Shown here one piece after another: positions 22,910-33,590 of a stretch of DNA of 64,000 bases. Both the position numbers and the translations under genes were made by a program. The notes beneath the pieces are model-generated. The model did no database searches and had not been told where the DNA came from. It saw nothing but the letters and a program-made list of their open reading frames with translations. Numbering within the stretch: position 1 is the stretch's first letter; each line of letters starts with the position of its first letter. The stretch is from Plasmodiophora brassicae (lineage: Eukaryota). Location of the stretch: contig CP145417.1 of the NCBI GenBank assembly GCA_036867785.1, forward strand, positions 1,178,001 through 1,242,000. Reading direction: 5' to 3'.

Positions 22910-23460
22910 CCCTCTCCCCATCCTTGACGTTTCTGGGAGCCCTTGGGATCCTGGCATCAGGGCACTACCTAAGGTCCCTGGGTACTGCTCGTGTACGCCG
23001 CCATCTCGCGAGTCTGTTCCGTGGTGCATTAGACGAACACGTGCTTGTTCTTCGTTCTCGCCAGGATGCCAATCATTTCAGCTGGATCCTATGGGATGTC
23101 CTCGAACGTGGTTGAGGTACGCGAGTGTAGGGACTGTATGAATCCGATTAAGAAACATCTTCCACATCCCATGGAACGTAAGTGGGTTAAACATGCCCCG
23201 GCACCAAGTGTCGAACGCGTCCAGGGTTTGCATCATCTCGGGATAGTTGAGAACCCGACGACCAGTGGCGGTCATGAAACGGTCGTGCGTGTTGTGATAA
23301 TCGGCCAAGATATCGCATTAACCCGGCGTCGCCGTCTCCCAGTCTTGACGGATGAACATATGATGATGCACCCAGCAACGGTCACGAACCCCGAGATCCA
23401 TGACGCGATTAGGATCATCCAGTCTGAGCGGCAGCTCAGGACCGGGATCGTCGAGTCCTG
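22910..23460 (-). pseudogene. Possible decayed coding sequence of unknown family
   Basis: ORFs 23318-23554 and 23078-23308 share one frame and are broken only by single stops (TAA at 23318, TGA at 23078); protein-like sequence continues past both. Confidence 0.3.
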
Positions 23461-24115
23461 GAGACAGTGATGAGGCCGTATGTGAACCGGTTGCCGATGC
23501 TAGTTGGGGATGAATCAGCGAAATCCACCCTACGTGATCACATGAGCGCGTCAATAACCGAACAATAATTAAATGTTTGAAACATCATCTACAAGCTAAC
23601 CTGTTCCTCGTAGCGGCTGACATCAGCAGATCAGACGCGTGGGCGACATTGGCCGCGGAACCCGATCGGTCCGGTCAACGCGTGCACGCTTATGACCTTC
23701 CAGCAGTTGCGGTGCAAGGTAGGACACGGCCGCTTGACCGACCCTGTAAATGTTAAAGGTACCGCAGGATGCCACCGCAGGACTGTCGTACAGTACGAGG
23801 CAACGCTGGCCATCAGCGCCGGTCGCCATGGTAACGCCCACTGGCACCTGCGAACCGGCGTCACGCCCGTGGCGAGTTCACGTCCAATGTCCGCCCGTTC
23901 CGTACCACGTCTTTCGGCATTCTCTTGAAAATAATGTACGGACGCTGCTGATGAAAGGTTTGGTTCGGCTCGCAGGTCCAATGGATCTGCCGGGTGCTAC
24001 CTTCTGGCAGTCGCGTGCGCATGAAGCTGGACTCATCGCAAAGCAACTCGTTGAATTGCTCGCTCCATGTCAACTGCCTGAGGGGTTTATTGTTTGCATG
24101 CAATGTCCAGGAAAG

Positions 24116-25531
24116 TCACTTGGAGACTATGGAACGGGTGTTTGCGTGCGGAACAACGTTGAAAGTTCCTGGAGTTTTGGCAGGTGCAATCTGGGGGTTT
24201 GCGGTAGTCTTTCGTGAAAACATTTCAATGGAGATGCACGACGGTTTTGACTTGAATGCGACAATGTGGAAGAATCCGGTGGCCGAGTTCACTGAAAGCA
24301 GCGACATCCATCCGACAAGCACGCCCCAGATACTGATCACGCTAGTAATTACAAATATGACCTCGACGAACAGGGCAGCCGCGCCGACCAGGCCAGATAT
24401 CGCGATTCTTCGAGCGAAGCGTCGTGTTCTGGAAATTGATTCAGTGTCCAAAGCCTTGATTGCTGTTGTCATGGATTTTGCAACTCGTCGACCGTAGATA
24501 ATGAACCCGATCACAATTGGAATGTGCACGACGAAGTAGATCGCGCCAATGACAGCAGCCCCATTCAAATATTCGTGTTCGTCCAGCGCTGAAAGGACCG
24601 TAACGACTTGGTCAAAAATCACAAACGCGAATGCGAAAAGCGCTAGAATGCCGATTTTGATGCGTTGCGGTCGCGAGAGCTGCCGATCCCAGTGGAGGCA
24701 CTCGTACATGGTCACAGAGACTAACGTCGTACATCCAAACGAGAACGGAATGCTAGAGCTGACGAGATACCGCTGGAATTCAAAAGACGTCCCTTGGGCA
24801 TGAAAGAACGCCATATCAGTCAAGTACACGCAGCGAATCACAGACGCCAGAATTTCGAATCCAATGGCAAACCCAGGCAACGCTGGAACCGCTCGAAGGT
24901 GCCAATGTGTGTCGAGAGACATTTGGACCAGTTTGTAAACCCCAACAACGACGTTGGCAATCGAAAGAAGAGCACCGACGGCCGAGACTCCAATAAAGTA
25001 CGGTGAATGGACAATCGTGCACACTTCGTTGTAGTCTCCAGATGTAATTGTAGCCTGGAGGTTAGGAGAAGACCCGACCAGTTCCCTGAACCGGTCACTG
25101 AGGCCTAGGGCTATGACTACAATGGGAGCAATGGTGAACGGCTTCGAATGCATCCAGTAAGAGAACGCCATTTGGTAGTCGTTACCCTGTGTAAGACCGT
25201 CATGGGAAATGATACCAGCACATTGGGCACGGGTACACGATTGTCCCCATCGGTACATGCTTCCGGCCAATGCGAAATTGACGACAATGATACAACCGGC
25301 TGCTTGGGAAGGCACCACGTAATCCGCATGATCAGTAACGGGAACGACGTACAGGCGGGCCGTGATGTTGAACGACGGGTTGGCAAGTATATAGTTCGGC
25401 GCGATGGTGGACCATAGTGCGTTTCCGTTGCTCTCGTTGCGGATCGTAATCCATGACGATGCGGTTGGCAGCAACGCGCCGATCGACAGGACAACGAACA
25501 TCCACGACGCCGTCCACGGCAGCGTCATCAT
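24116..25531 (-). CDS. Intronless signal peptide + PA-like ectodomain + 7TM receptor-like protein, copy A (471 aa)
   Basis: Signal WMFVVLSIGALLPTASS; about 150-aa ectodomain with GCIIVVN..AQCAGIIS (PA-like, tentative); seven hydrophobic segments. Confidence 0.85.
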   Translation of the reverse strand: MMTLPWTASWMFVVLSIGALLPTASSWITIRNESNGNALWSTIAPNYILANPSFNITARLYVVPVTDHADYVVPSQAAGCIIVVNFALAGSMYRWGQSCTRAQCAGIISHDGLTQGNDYQMAFSYWMHSKPFTIAPIVVIALGLSDRFRELVGSSPNLQATITSGDYNEVCTIVHSPYFIGVSAVGALLSIANVVVGVYKLVQMSLDTHWHLRAVPALPGFAIGFEILASVIRCVYLTDMAFFHAQGTSFEFQRYLVSSSIPFSFGCTTLVSVTMYECLHWDRQLSRPQRIKIGILALFAFAFVIFDQVVTVLSALDEHEYLNGAAVIGAIYFVVHIPIVIGFIIYGRRVAKSMTTAIKALDTESISRTRRFARRIAISGLVGAAALFVEVIFVITSVISIWGVLVGWMSLLSVNSATGFFHIVAFKSKPSCISIEMFSRKTTANPQIAPAKTPGTFNVVPHANTRSIVSK

Positions 25532-26073
25532 TTGGGCACAGTACTACTCGATGGGTAGTCCGATCGCATGCTCGCGAGTACTAGTCGACCGATCCGTGGA
25601 TACAGGCACGTTTATTATTGGTCGCTGACTCGGGAGTTGACCTTGGGGCGGCACAACGCCGCGTGGGTGGTCGGATTGTTACACAGGGTACACGTTCCTA
25701 CCGGATCGGAAGTTGTTTGTCATCATCAGGGCACCCATCCGCAGCGGTTAGTGCATCACGATCGGCTCAGTTGTCGATCCTCATCATTCTCGGTCACCAA
25801 CCTGGCTCATGATGGGGACCCGGCCGGAGCGTCTTCGACAGGGTCGCCTTCGCCATCTCTGACTCGTCGAGTTAGTCGAATGACCTGATATCGTCGGCAC
25901 GTTAAGCGAACCACGATCCGTTCTGTTGCAGCCGCCTCGCCTGCTGCCTGCGCGGTGCTCGGTTAGCCGGAATGCAGTCGAAGAGACAAGTCGCAAAGCA
26001 ACTCGTTGAATTGCTCGCTCCATATTGTCAAGTGCCTCAGGGATTTATTGTTTGCATGCAATGTCCAGGAAAG

Positions 26074-27489
26074 TCACTTGGAGACTATGGAACGGGTGTT
26101 TGCGTGCGGAAGAACGTTGAAAGTTCCTGGAGTTTTGGCAGGTGCAATCTGGGGGTTTGCGGTAGTCATTCGTGAAAACATTTCAATGGAGATGCACGAC
26201 GGTTTTGACTTGAATGCGACGATGTGGAAGAACCCGGTGGCCGAGTTCATTGAAAGCAGCGACATCCATCCTACAAGCACGCCCCAGATACTGATCACGC
26301 TAGTAATGACAAAAATGACCTCGACGAACAGGGCAGCCGCGCCGACAATACCAGATATCGCGATTCTTCGAGCGAAACGTCGTGTTCTGGAAATTGACTC
26401 AGTGTCCAAAGCCTTAATTGCCGTTGTCATGGATTTTGCAACTCGTCGACCGTAGATAATGAATCCGATCACGATAGGGATGTGCACAACGAAGTAGATT
26501 GCGCCCATGACAGCAGCCCCATTCAAATATTCGTGTTCGTCCAGCGCTGAAAGGACCGTAACGACTTGGTCGAAAATGACAAACGCGAACGCGAAAAACG
26601 CTAGAATGCCGATTTTGATTCGTTGCGGTCGCAAGAGCTGTCGATCCCAGTGGAGGCATTCGTACATGGCCACAGAGACTAACGTCGTACATCCAAACGA
26701 GAATGGAATGCTAGAGCTGACGAGATACCGCTGGAATTCAAAAGACGTCCCTTGGGCATGAAAGAACGCCATATCAGTCAAGTACACGCAGCGAATCACA
26801 GACGCCAGAATTTCGAATCCAATGGCAAATCCAGGCAACGCTGGAATCGCTCGAAGATGCCAATGTGTGTCGAGAGACATTTGGACCAGTTTGTAAACCC
26901 CAACAACGACGTTGGCAATCGAAAGAAGAGCACCGACGGCCGAGACTCCAATAAAGTACGGTGAATGGGCAATCGTGTACACTTCGTTGTAGTCTCCAGA
27001 TGTAATTGTAGCCTGCAGGTTAGGAGAAGACTCGACCAGTTCCATGAACCGGTCACTGAGGCCTAGGGCTATGACTACAATGGGAGCAGTGGTGAACGGC
27101 TTCGAATGCATCCAGTATGAGAACGCCATTTGGTAGTCGTTACCCTGAGTAAGACCGTCATGGGAAATGATACCAGCACATTGGGCATGGGTACACGATT
27201 GTCCCCATCGGTACATGCTTCCGGCCAATGCGTAATTGACGACAATGATACAACCGGCTGCTTGGGAAGGCACCACGTAATCCGCATGATCAGTAACCGG
27301 AACGACGTACAGGCGGGCCGTGATGTTGAACGACGGGTTGGCAAGTATATAGTTCGGCGCGATGGTGGACCATAGTGCGTTTCCGTTGCTCTCGTTGCGG
27401 ATCGTAATCCATGACGATGCGGTTGGCAGCAACGCGCCGATCGACAGGACAACGAACATCCACGACGCCGTCCACGGCAGCGTCATCAT
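26074..27489 (-). CDS. Intronless signal peptide + PA-like ectodomain + 7TM receptor-like protein, copy B (471 aa)
   Basis: Same length as copy A; 16 amino-acid differences by manual comparison. Confidence 0.85.
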   Translation of the reverse strand: MMTLPWTASWMFVVLSIGALLPTASSWITIRNESNGNALWSTIAPNYILANPSFNITARLYVVPVTDHADYVVPSQAAGCIIVVNYALAGSMYRWGQSCTHAQCAGIISHDGLTQGNDYQMAFSYWMHSKPFTTAPIVVIALGLSDRFMELVESSPNLQATITSGDYNEVYTIAHSPYFIGVSAVGALLSIANVVVGVYKLVQMSLDTHWHLRAIPALPGFAIGFEILASVIRCVYLTDMAFFHAQGTSFEFQRYLVSSSIPFSFGCTTLVSVAMYECLHWDRQLLRPQRIKIGILAFFAFAFVIFDQVVTVLSALDEHEYLNGAAVMGAIYFVVHIPIVIGFIIYGRRVAKSMTTAIKALDTESISRTRRFARRIAISGIVGAAALFVEVIFVITSVISIWGVLVGWMSLLSMNSATGFFHIVAFKSKPSCISIEMFSRMTTANPQIAPAKTPGTFNVLPHANTRSIVSK

Positions 27490-28311
27490 TTGGGCACAGT
27501 ACTACTCGATGGGTAGTCCGATCGCATGCTCGCGAGTACTAGTCGACCGATCCGTGGATACAGGCACGTTTATTATTGGTCGCTGACTCGGGAGTTGACC
27601 TTGGGGCGGCACAACGCCTCGCGGATCATCGGATCATTACACAGCGTACACGTCCCTACGGATCCGACGTTGTCTATCATCACCAGGGCACCCATCCGCA
27701 GCGGTTAGTGCAAACACGATCGGCTCACTTGTCGATCCTCACCATTCTCTGTCACCAAACTGGCGCATGGATATGGGGACCCGGAGCGTTTTCGACACCG
27801 CCATCTCTGACTCGTCGAGTGAGTTTAGCCGAATGACCTGATATTTTCGGCACGGTAAACTCATCACGATTCGCTCTGTTGCAGTCGCCTCGCCTGCTGC
27901 TCGCTCGGTACTCGTTGGCCGGAATGCAGTCGAACAGACGAGGAATACCGGGTTCCGATGCTGATGTTGTAGGGCAAGCAATCATCTGCCATGGACGTGG
28001 CTGACACCTATACCGGCCCATATCATGCGTCGTTGCGGCCCAAGTCTGGATGAATGCAGGAACTCTGACGTCCCTCGTGTTACGTATCGAAACCGAGGTC
28101 GTGCTCGGTTCATAGTTCGACTCTGCAATAGTGTATCATCAAGCAATCGTACAACAGCACAACGAATTGTCGCGCGCCAGCAGTCCTTGTGGGCCATGCG
28201 AATACCTGAAGAAAGTCGACGATGGCCTCGAGAGCAATATAGCGCGCGCGGCGCGAACGAACTTTATCCATTCACAAGCCTGTAAAACACTGCCGAGTGA
28301 CAGGTTCACAG

Positions 28312-31222
28312 TTAAGGTTTGGGCGTGGTGTAGCCGGCCACCGTTCGCCCACTCTGGTCGATAAGCTTGTCGATCTTATCAAGCAGTACGGTCTTGCTGG
28401 AAATGGGCAGTGCTGGATTGTTCATCTCTGCTGCGATCTTTCTGCAAATGTGCTCAACCCTCGGGTCGGCAGACAATGTTTGGCGGGCGATCGACCCGCT
28501 GGTCTGGCCAGCAACTGCCATCTTGGACTCGCCAGCGCCGCTGTTGCTGAATACGGAGTAGAGTTTCGGGCCGAACAGGAACAGCTGCGAGAGGGTGACC
28601 CCGCCAGCAAGGCCGACCGCTACGACGGCGTACTGAACGTTAGCACGCGTGGCGAAGGCGTTCGATAGCAACAGCAGGAGCACGGCGATCACCATCGAAT
28701 TATACATGGACAGCATGATGAATTTCGACTCATCTGTTGAAAGATAGATTTCAATACAGATGATCAACGACAGTTCGCGGTACCATATTACTGAAGTTGG
28801 ATGGGCAGTTTCGAATCTGGAATGCAAGGTAGCACCCATACAGCAAGCAGAGCACCTTGGGGGTGTATATCAGCACGGAAAAGATACTCTCGTACGCGAG
28901 GACACAGAAGCGCCCATCATCGAGGTCAGTCTGCGAGTTCGGCACGGCGGTGATGACGCAGGTCGGCTGACCGACCACAGCACGAACAACGCATTCCGTG
29001 ATTTCGTACGACGCGAACAGGGCCACGAGCTTGACGAGCTTCCCGGTCGTGATCTTGACGACGCTCATCGTCCTCTGGCAGAAAATGGAGTGAATCCGCC
29101 AGGCTTTCGCCGTCGTGCTGCCGAAGATCATGACGAACGCGATCGACAGAAGAAAGGGCGTGATTATGCACGACCATGACTGTTCGTACCCCATCGTACA
29201 GACGCCTGCAAACGCGACGTACGATCCTGATAATGTCACCTGCGACAACCAGTGGTCCGATCCGCGAATCGCGGCATGCGATCGGTAGGCGAAGATGACA
29301 GCCTGGAGGATGGCGATGATCGCCGACAGGACGAGGACCAATGCAAGGATACTCATGCGCATGGTCGCGGTGATCTCCTGCAAGATGCGTTGCGGAGGAG
29401 GTGGCGATATGGATATCCATCCGATCCAGAGCTGCTTGTTGTTCAGCAGCCAGGTGCAGGACGCGTTGAACACGTTGTCGTAGAGCGCTTGGCCGACTAG
29501 GTCCTCGTCCATCGATCTCAACGATTTCGTCATCTCCATCGCCGAGAACGTGAACTGTCGAAACATCTGGACGGCGTCGCGGTATTCGACGTTGTCGTGG
29601 AACGCAGGATTCATTGTCTTGGTGAGCGTCTGCGTTGGCATATCTTGGTGCCGGGGCACGCCGGGTTCAGCACGCGCTCGTGAATTAACGATACGAAAAT
29701 GACGAACCGCAGTTGACACCGGGGGCGGATCCGTTCAGTTCGCCAGGGTGAGCGGCCAGCTGCGAATAGCATTCGTCCGTGTACCTGTTATTCGTGATCA
29801 GTTCTAAACGGGACAGCGGCAGAATTTGCCCAAGCACGCGTACTCCTTGAAGCGGACACGTTGCAGATTATGGATAGCAGCGAAGGCGGTAGGCACCCAG
29901 TAGTACAGGAATATCGGCTGCCGGGTAGCCAACAGTGACGACACGTACTGTCGTTGGATACCAGTCAGGTCCACTGGATAAGTCGAGCCTTCGAATGGTC
30001 TTACTGGCATGAAATTGCTCCCCAGCCTATGGAAAACTCAGTTGTGACCAAAGATACTGCACTCGGCTGCCTTACAGTGGTATTGTGATGTTAAGGTTCA
30101 TGTTGACGACCATACTTTGCATGATATCTACCCGCACACTAAGCTCATCTCGCATACAGGTTAGCGTCACTGGATACTCTTCTGCCACGACGCTGTTATG
30201 TCGAGCAGCTCGAAGCAGTACGGTGAGTACTTCGTCACATTGCTAAGAACTACGATCAGAGACTTTCGGGCCCATCCCAATTCTGAACGTACCATTTGAA
30301 ATCGAAGTATGCCTGGGTGTTGCTATGACGAGGCAGTCAGACTGATCGTATCCTTGGAGAAACACTTCACCTGCTCATATTACAGCTGATTGTGGCAGTT
30401 CGGAGGCGACGTTTCCTGGATCAGTTAGTGGTCAGCTCCCGCAGCTCTTGTCAGTCGACGAAACTGTCACCCACCAATGCGCACCATTTCGGAACGAATT
30501 CACGACCGGGATCAACCATCAGCGACTGGGGTGTGGATCCCGATCGGCGGAAGATGCGGTTGACTTCAGGCGTCTTGAACAGGGTACCGACGTCGAGGTT
30601 GGCATCGGGATGCCCATCAATCAGGTACTGCGGAATGCTAAGGAAATTGTACCCCGTGTACCTGAATGCAATCACGAAATACATATCACAACTTCAGCTG
30701 GCATGGCTGCTGCGTACTTACCCGAGGGCCCCGACGTCCAAACATAAACCCTGCGTGGTCAAGGGCGAATCACTACCGTCCAATGTTTGACAGAGCATAC
30801 AGTTAGCCTACGTACCTTCTTCAGAACCCATTCCTGGTAGCGTGCAGATTCCGATTGCGGCCAGTTCTCGAACGCCAGGTCGTATAGGCCGTTGGCGCAC
30901 GCCTCGAACTCGTACGTCCCGTCAACCACTGTGGTCCGGAAGCCGAGGACCTCTTCCAGCAGAGTCGCCCCGATCTGACTGACCAGGTTGTGCGAGCCCC
31001 TGCCCCCCGGTCTGAGTGCCGGCACGAGGCGACAGACGTCTTCCGCCTGCGCATAACGCACCAGTTCTGGTATTCAATGCGGATCGGACGTAGGCCTGGA
31101 CGACGTTGCGGAGTCGGCAGGTTCAGGGCCGCAATGTACTCCTCGCTGAAGCACTTTCGGCTGACCTCCTGTCCGATAACAGCGCCCACGACACTCGTTA
31201 GCAGCACCAGCAAACGCAGCAT
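28312..31222 (-). CDS. Class C (7tm_3, GABA-B-like) GPCR with a ProX/OpuAC-like periplasmic-binding ectodomain; multi-exon
   Basis: Signal MLRLLVLLTSVVGAVIG; SQIGATLLEEVLGF..ACANGLYDLAFENW and FLYYWVPT (betaine-binding-protein-like); FGSTTAKAWRIHSIF and spliced PSNFNESK (class C 7TM motifs, intron about 28735-28791). Confidence 0.85.
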
Positions 31223-31532
31223 CGAGCGCGCTGCCGACGCAGCTGTAACGACTTGCAGACTGTAATATGGGCGAGACACTTCTTCGAGGCCCCGCCAGGC
31301 CCCCGGATCGGATGCTTCCGGCAACACTGACGAGGGGGCACGTCACGAAACCCGCCGCGCGTCCATGTCTACGTCTGCCAATTAGGCGTCGACCACCGTT
31401 GCCCGTCATCGGGGAACGATGTCGCCATACGGCCACCGCTTAGTACTGACGTGTCACTGGGGGACAGGCGCCGTCGGTGAGAAATATATGCGCAGGCCGC
31501 CCTATTATATATCCTCGTGCGGATAAATCGAA

Positions 31533-33431
31533 TCATTTAGTCGACAAGGTCGACGGCAAATCGCTATCGCTGGTCAGATGCTTTCCAGAGTGGCCGGTGG
31601 AGTGCAGCCTGGATCGGGTGCGAACGGTTTCGGCCACCGATGGCAGCAGGATCGCGTTGTTGTTGTTGTTGTTCCCCGACGACGTCCCTGACGGTGCTTC
31701 GTCGTCGTCGTCAAACTCGAAGTCGGGCAGTCGCGACGACGGCGTCAGGCTCGACGATTTCCACGACGGCGTCGGCGACGACTTCACCGACGCGGTCGAA
31801 TCGATGCTGGACGCTCTGCTGCTCGCCCCGGATCCCTGCTGCTGCTGCTGCCGAAGTTTGAACTGCCCCGTTGCCGACGCCCCGCTCCTGACGCTCGACA
31901 CCGACCCGCCACTGCCCCGCATCGACCTAGACGTTGGCGACGGCGCCGTATCACGCTTCGCAATGGACGTCGACGTCGTTGTTGTCGGCACGCTCGGCAG
32001 CGGGGGCAACTTGGCCGAATCCGCCCGCTTCAACTTTGGCTTGCTGGCCGCCGGCGCCTTCGTTCTCGTCGATGCCTGCAGGTGTACGTCGAATAAGCAA
32101 CAATGTCAGCAGGCGCCCCGCCGGCGCAACGAGACGTGCTGGCCACCGGGCCGCTCGAAGACGCCACCGGTGGGAGCCAAGAATCGGCGCCGACCAATTC
32201 GCAAACTGCTGCTGACCTTGGCCTGTGCGGCCTTCTCGCTGACCTTCTCCCTGGCCTGCTTGACGGCGTCCTCGCTGACCTGACGCGTGCTGGCGTCGGC
32301 CAGGTCGCTCAGCTCCATCATGTACCACGGGTGGCTCTTCACCTCCGAGATAGTCGCCCGCGATTCCGGGTCCGGCGTCAGCATCCGGCCGATCAGGTCG
32401 CGCAGCTCTGCAAACATAGAGGGTTTCGTCAGCGCCCGTCGACGACGAACAAGAACGTCGGCCGAACCTTCGCTGAAGTAGTCCGGGTAGGTGAACTCCA
32501 GGTTGAGGATCTTCTTGAACAGGGCGGGCGTACTGCGCGCCTGGAACGGGAGGAACCCGGCGACCATGGCGTAGAGGATGACGCCCATGGACCAGAGGTC
32601 GGCCGGCGCCCCGATGTGCTGGCCCGCCTCCCGGTTGATCTGCTCCGGGGCCAGGTACGACGGTGTGCCGCAGGCGGTGCCCAGCTCGGAGCGCCCGAGG
32701 ATCGCCGTGTTCGACAGTCCGAAATCGGCGATCTTCACGGTCTGGTTCACCATCAGGATGTTCTCCAGCTTCAGATCGCGGTGGATGACGTTCTTCCGGT
32801 GGCAGTACTCGACGCCAGCCACGATCTCGCTGAAGACCTTGCAGGCCTCCCGTTCCGGCAGCGCGTGCCGCGCCTTGATCACGTCCAGCAGCTCGCCGCC
32901 TTGCGCCAGCTCCATCACCATCACGATGTGGGCGACGTCGTCGATGACCTCGTACAGCCGTATGATGTGCTCGCACTTCAACGACGTCAGGATCGCCGAC
33001 TCGCGGAACAACCGCTCCACCTCGCTAATGTCCCGAACCTGTCGGGGCGGTACGTCAGCGCGCCACCTGGACCCCCGACGCGGGTCGGAGGGGGCGCACC
33101 TGCTTCTTGGAGAGGAACTTCAGGGCGACCCGTTCGCCCGTGTCGCAGTGCGTGCCGACCTTGACGGTGCCGAACGAACCCTTGCCGATCGTCTCCCCAA
33201 TGATGTACTGGCCGACGCGTTTCTTCCTGGACCTCGACCTGCTGCCGCGTCCGGACGCCAGCGACCCCGCCCGCGACGTTGGCCGGTTGATGATCGACGA
33301 CCTACCACCAGAGACGTCGGCGATGTGGCGCGCGCGCGCAGATCATCGAGGGGGGCACAGTACGAGGTGTCCTCGGACTCGTCGTCGGACGACAACGTCG
33401 CCTCCCGGGCATACACCGAATCTGATGACAT
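31533..33431 (-). CDS. Ser/Thr protein kinase, SNF1/AMPK-related (CAMK group), multi-exon, Ser-rich tail
   Basis: YIIGETIGKGSFGTVK, VALK, IHRDLKLENIL, IADFGLSN, TACGTPSYLAPE, DLWSMGVILYAMVAGFLPF. Confidence 0.93.
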
Positions 33432-33590
33432 ACTGTCGTTGTCGTCGTCGTCGTCGGTCGGCCGCCGCTCGAGGCGGCCGACGCCTTTGGTATTGTAAAT
33501 TAAGGGGCGGCGATCGACGCGACGTATCCGTACGGTTTGGGCGATCCAATAGCCAAGCTACGTCGTGCATTCTTACATTGACACGCATGA

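Larger units (their letters stand above)
24037..27941. repeat. Head-to-tail tandem duplication, unit about 1.95 kb (about 24037-25990 and 25991-27941)
   Basis: Sequence recurs at offset 1958 (TCGCAAAGCAACTCGTTGAATTGCTCGCTCCA at both unit starts; GCCGGAATGCAGTCGAA near both ends). Confidence 0.95.

Noticed and set aside
21039-27489. LRR genes and neighbouring 7TM genes as one LGR-like receptor
   Set aside because: Opposite strands; each LRR gene has its own cap and stop, and each 7TM gene has its own signal peptide
28735-28791. Apparent frameshift in the GPCR
   Set aside because: Explained by a GT..AG intron that rebuilds the PSNFNESK motif
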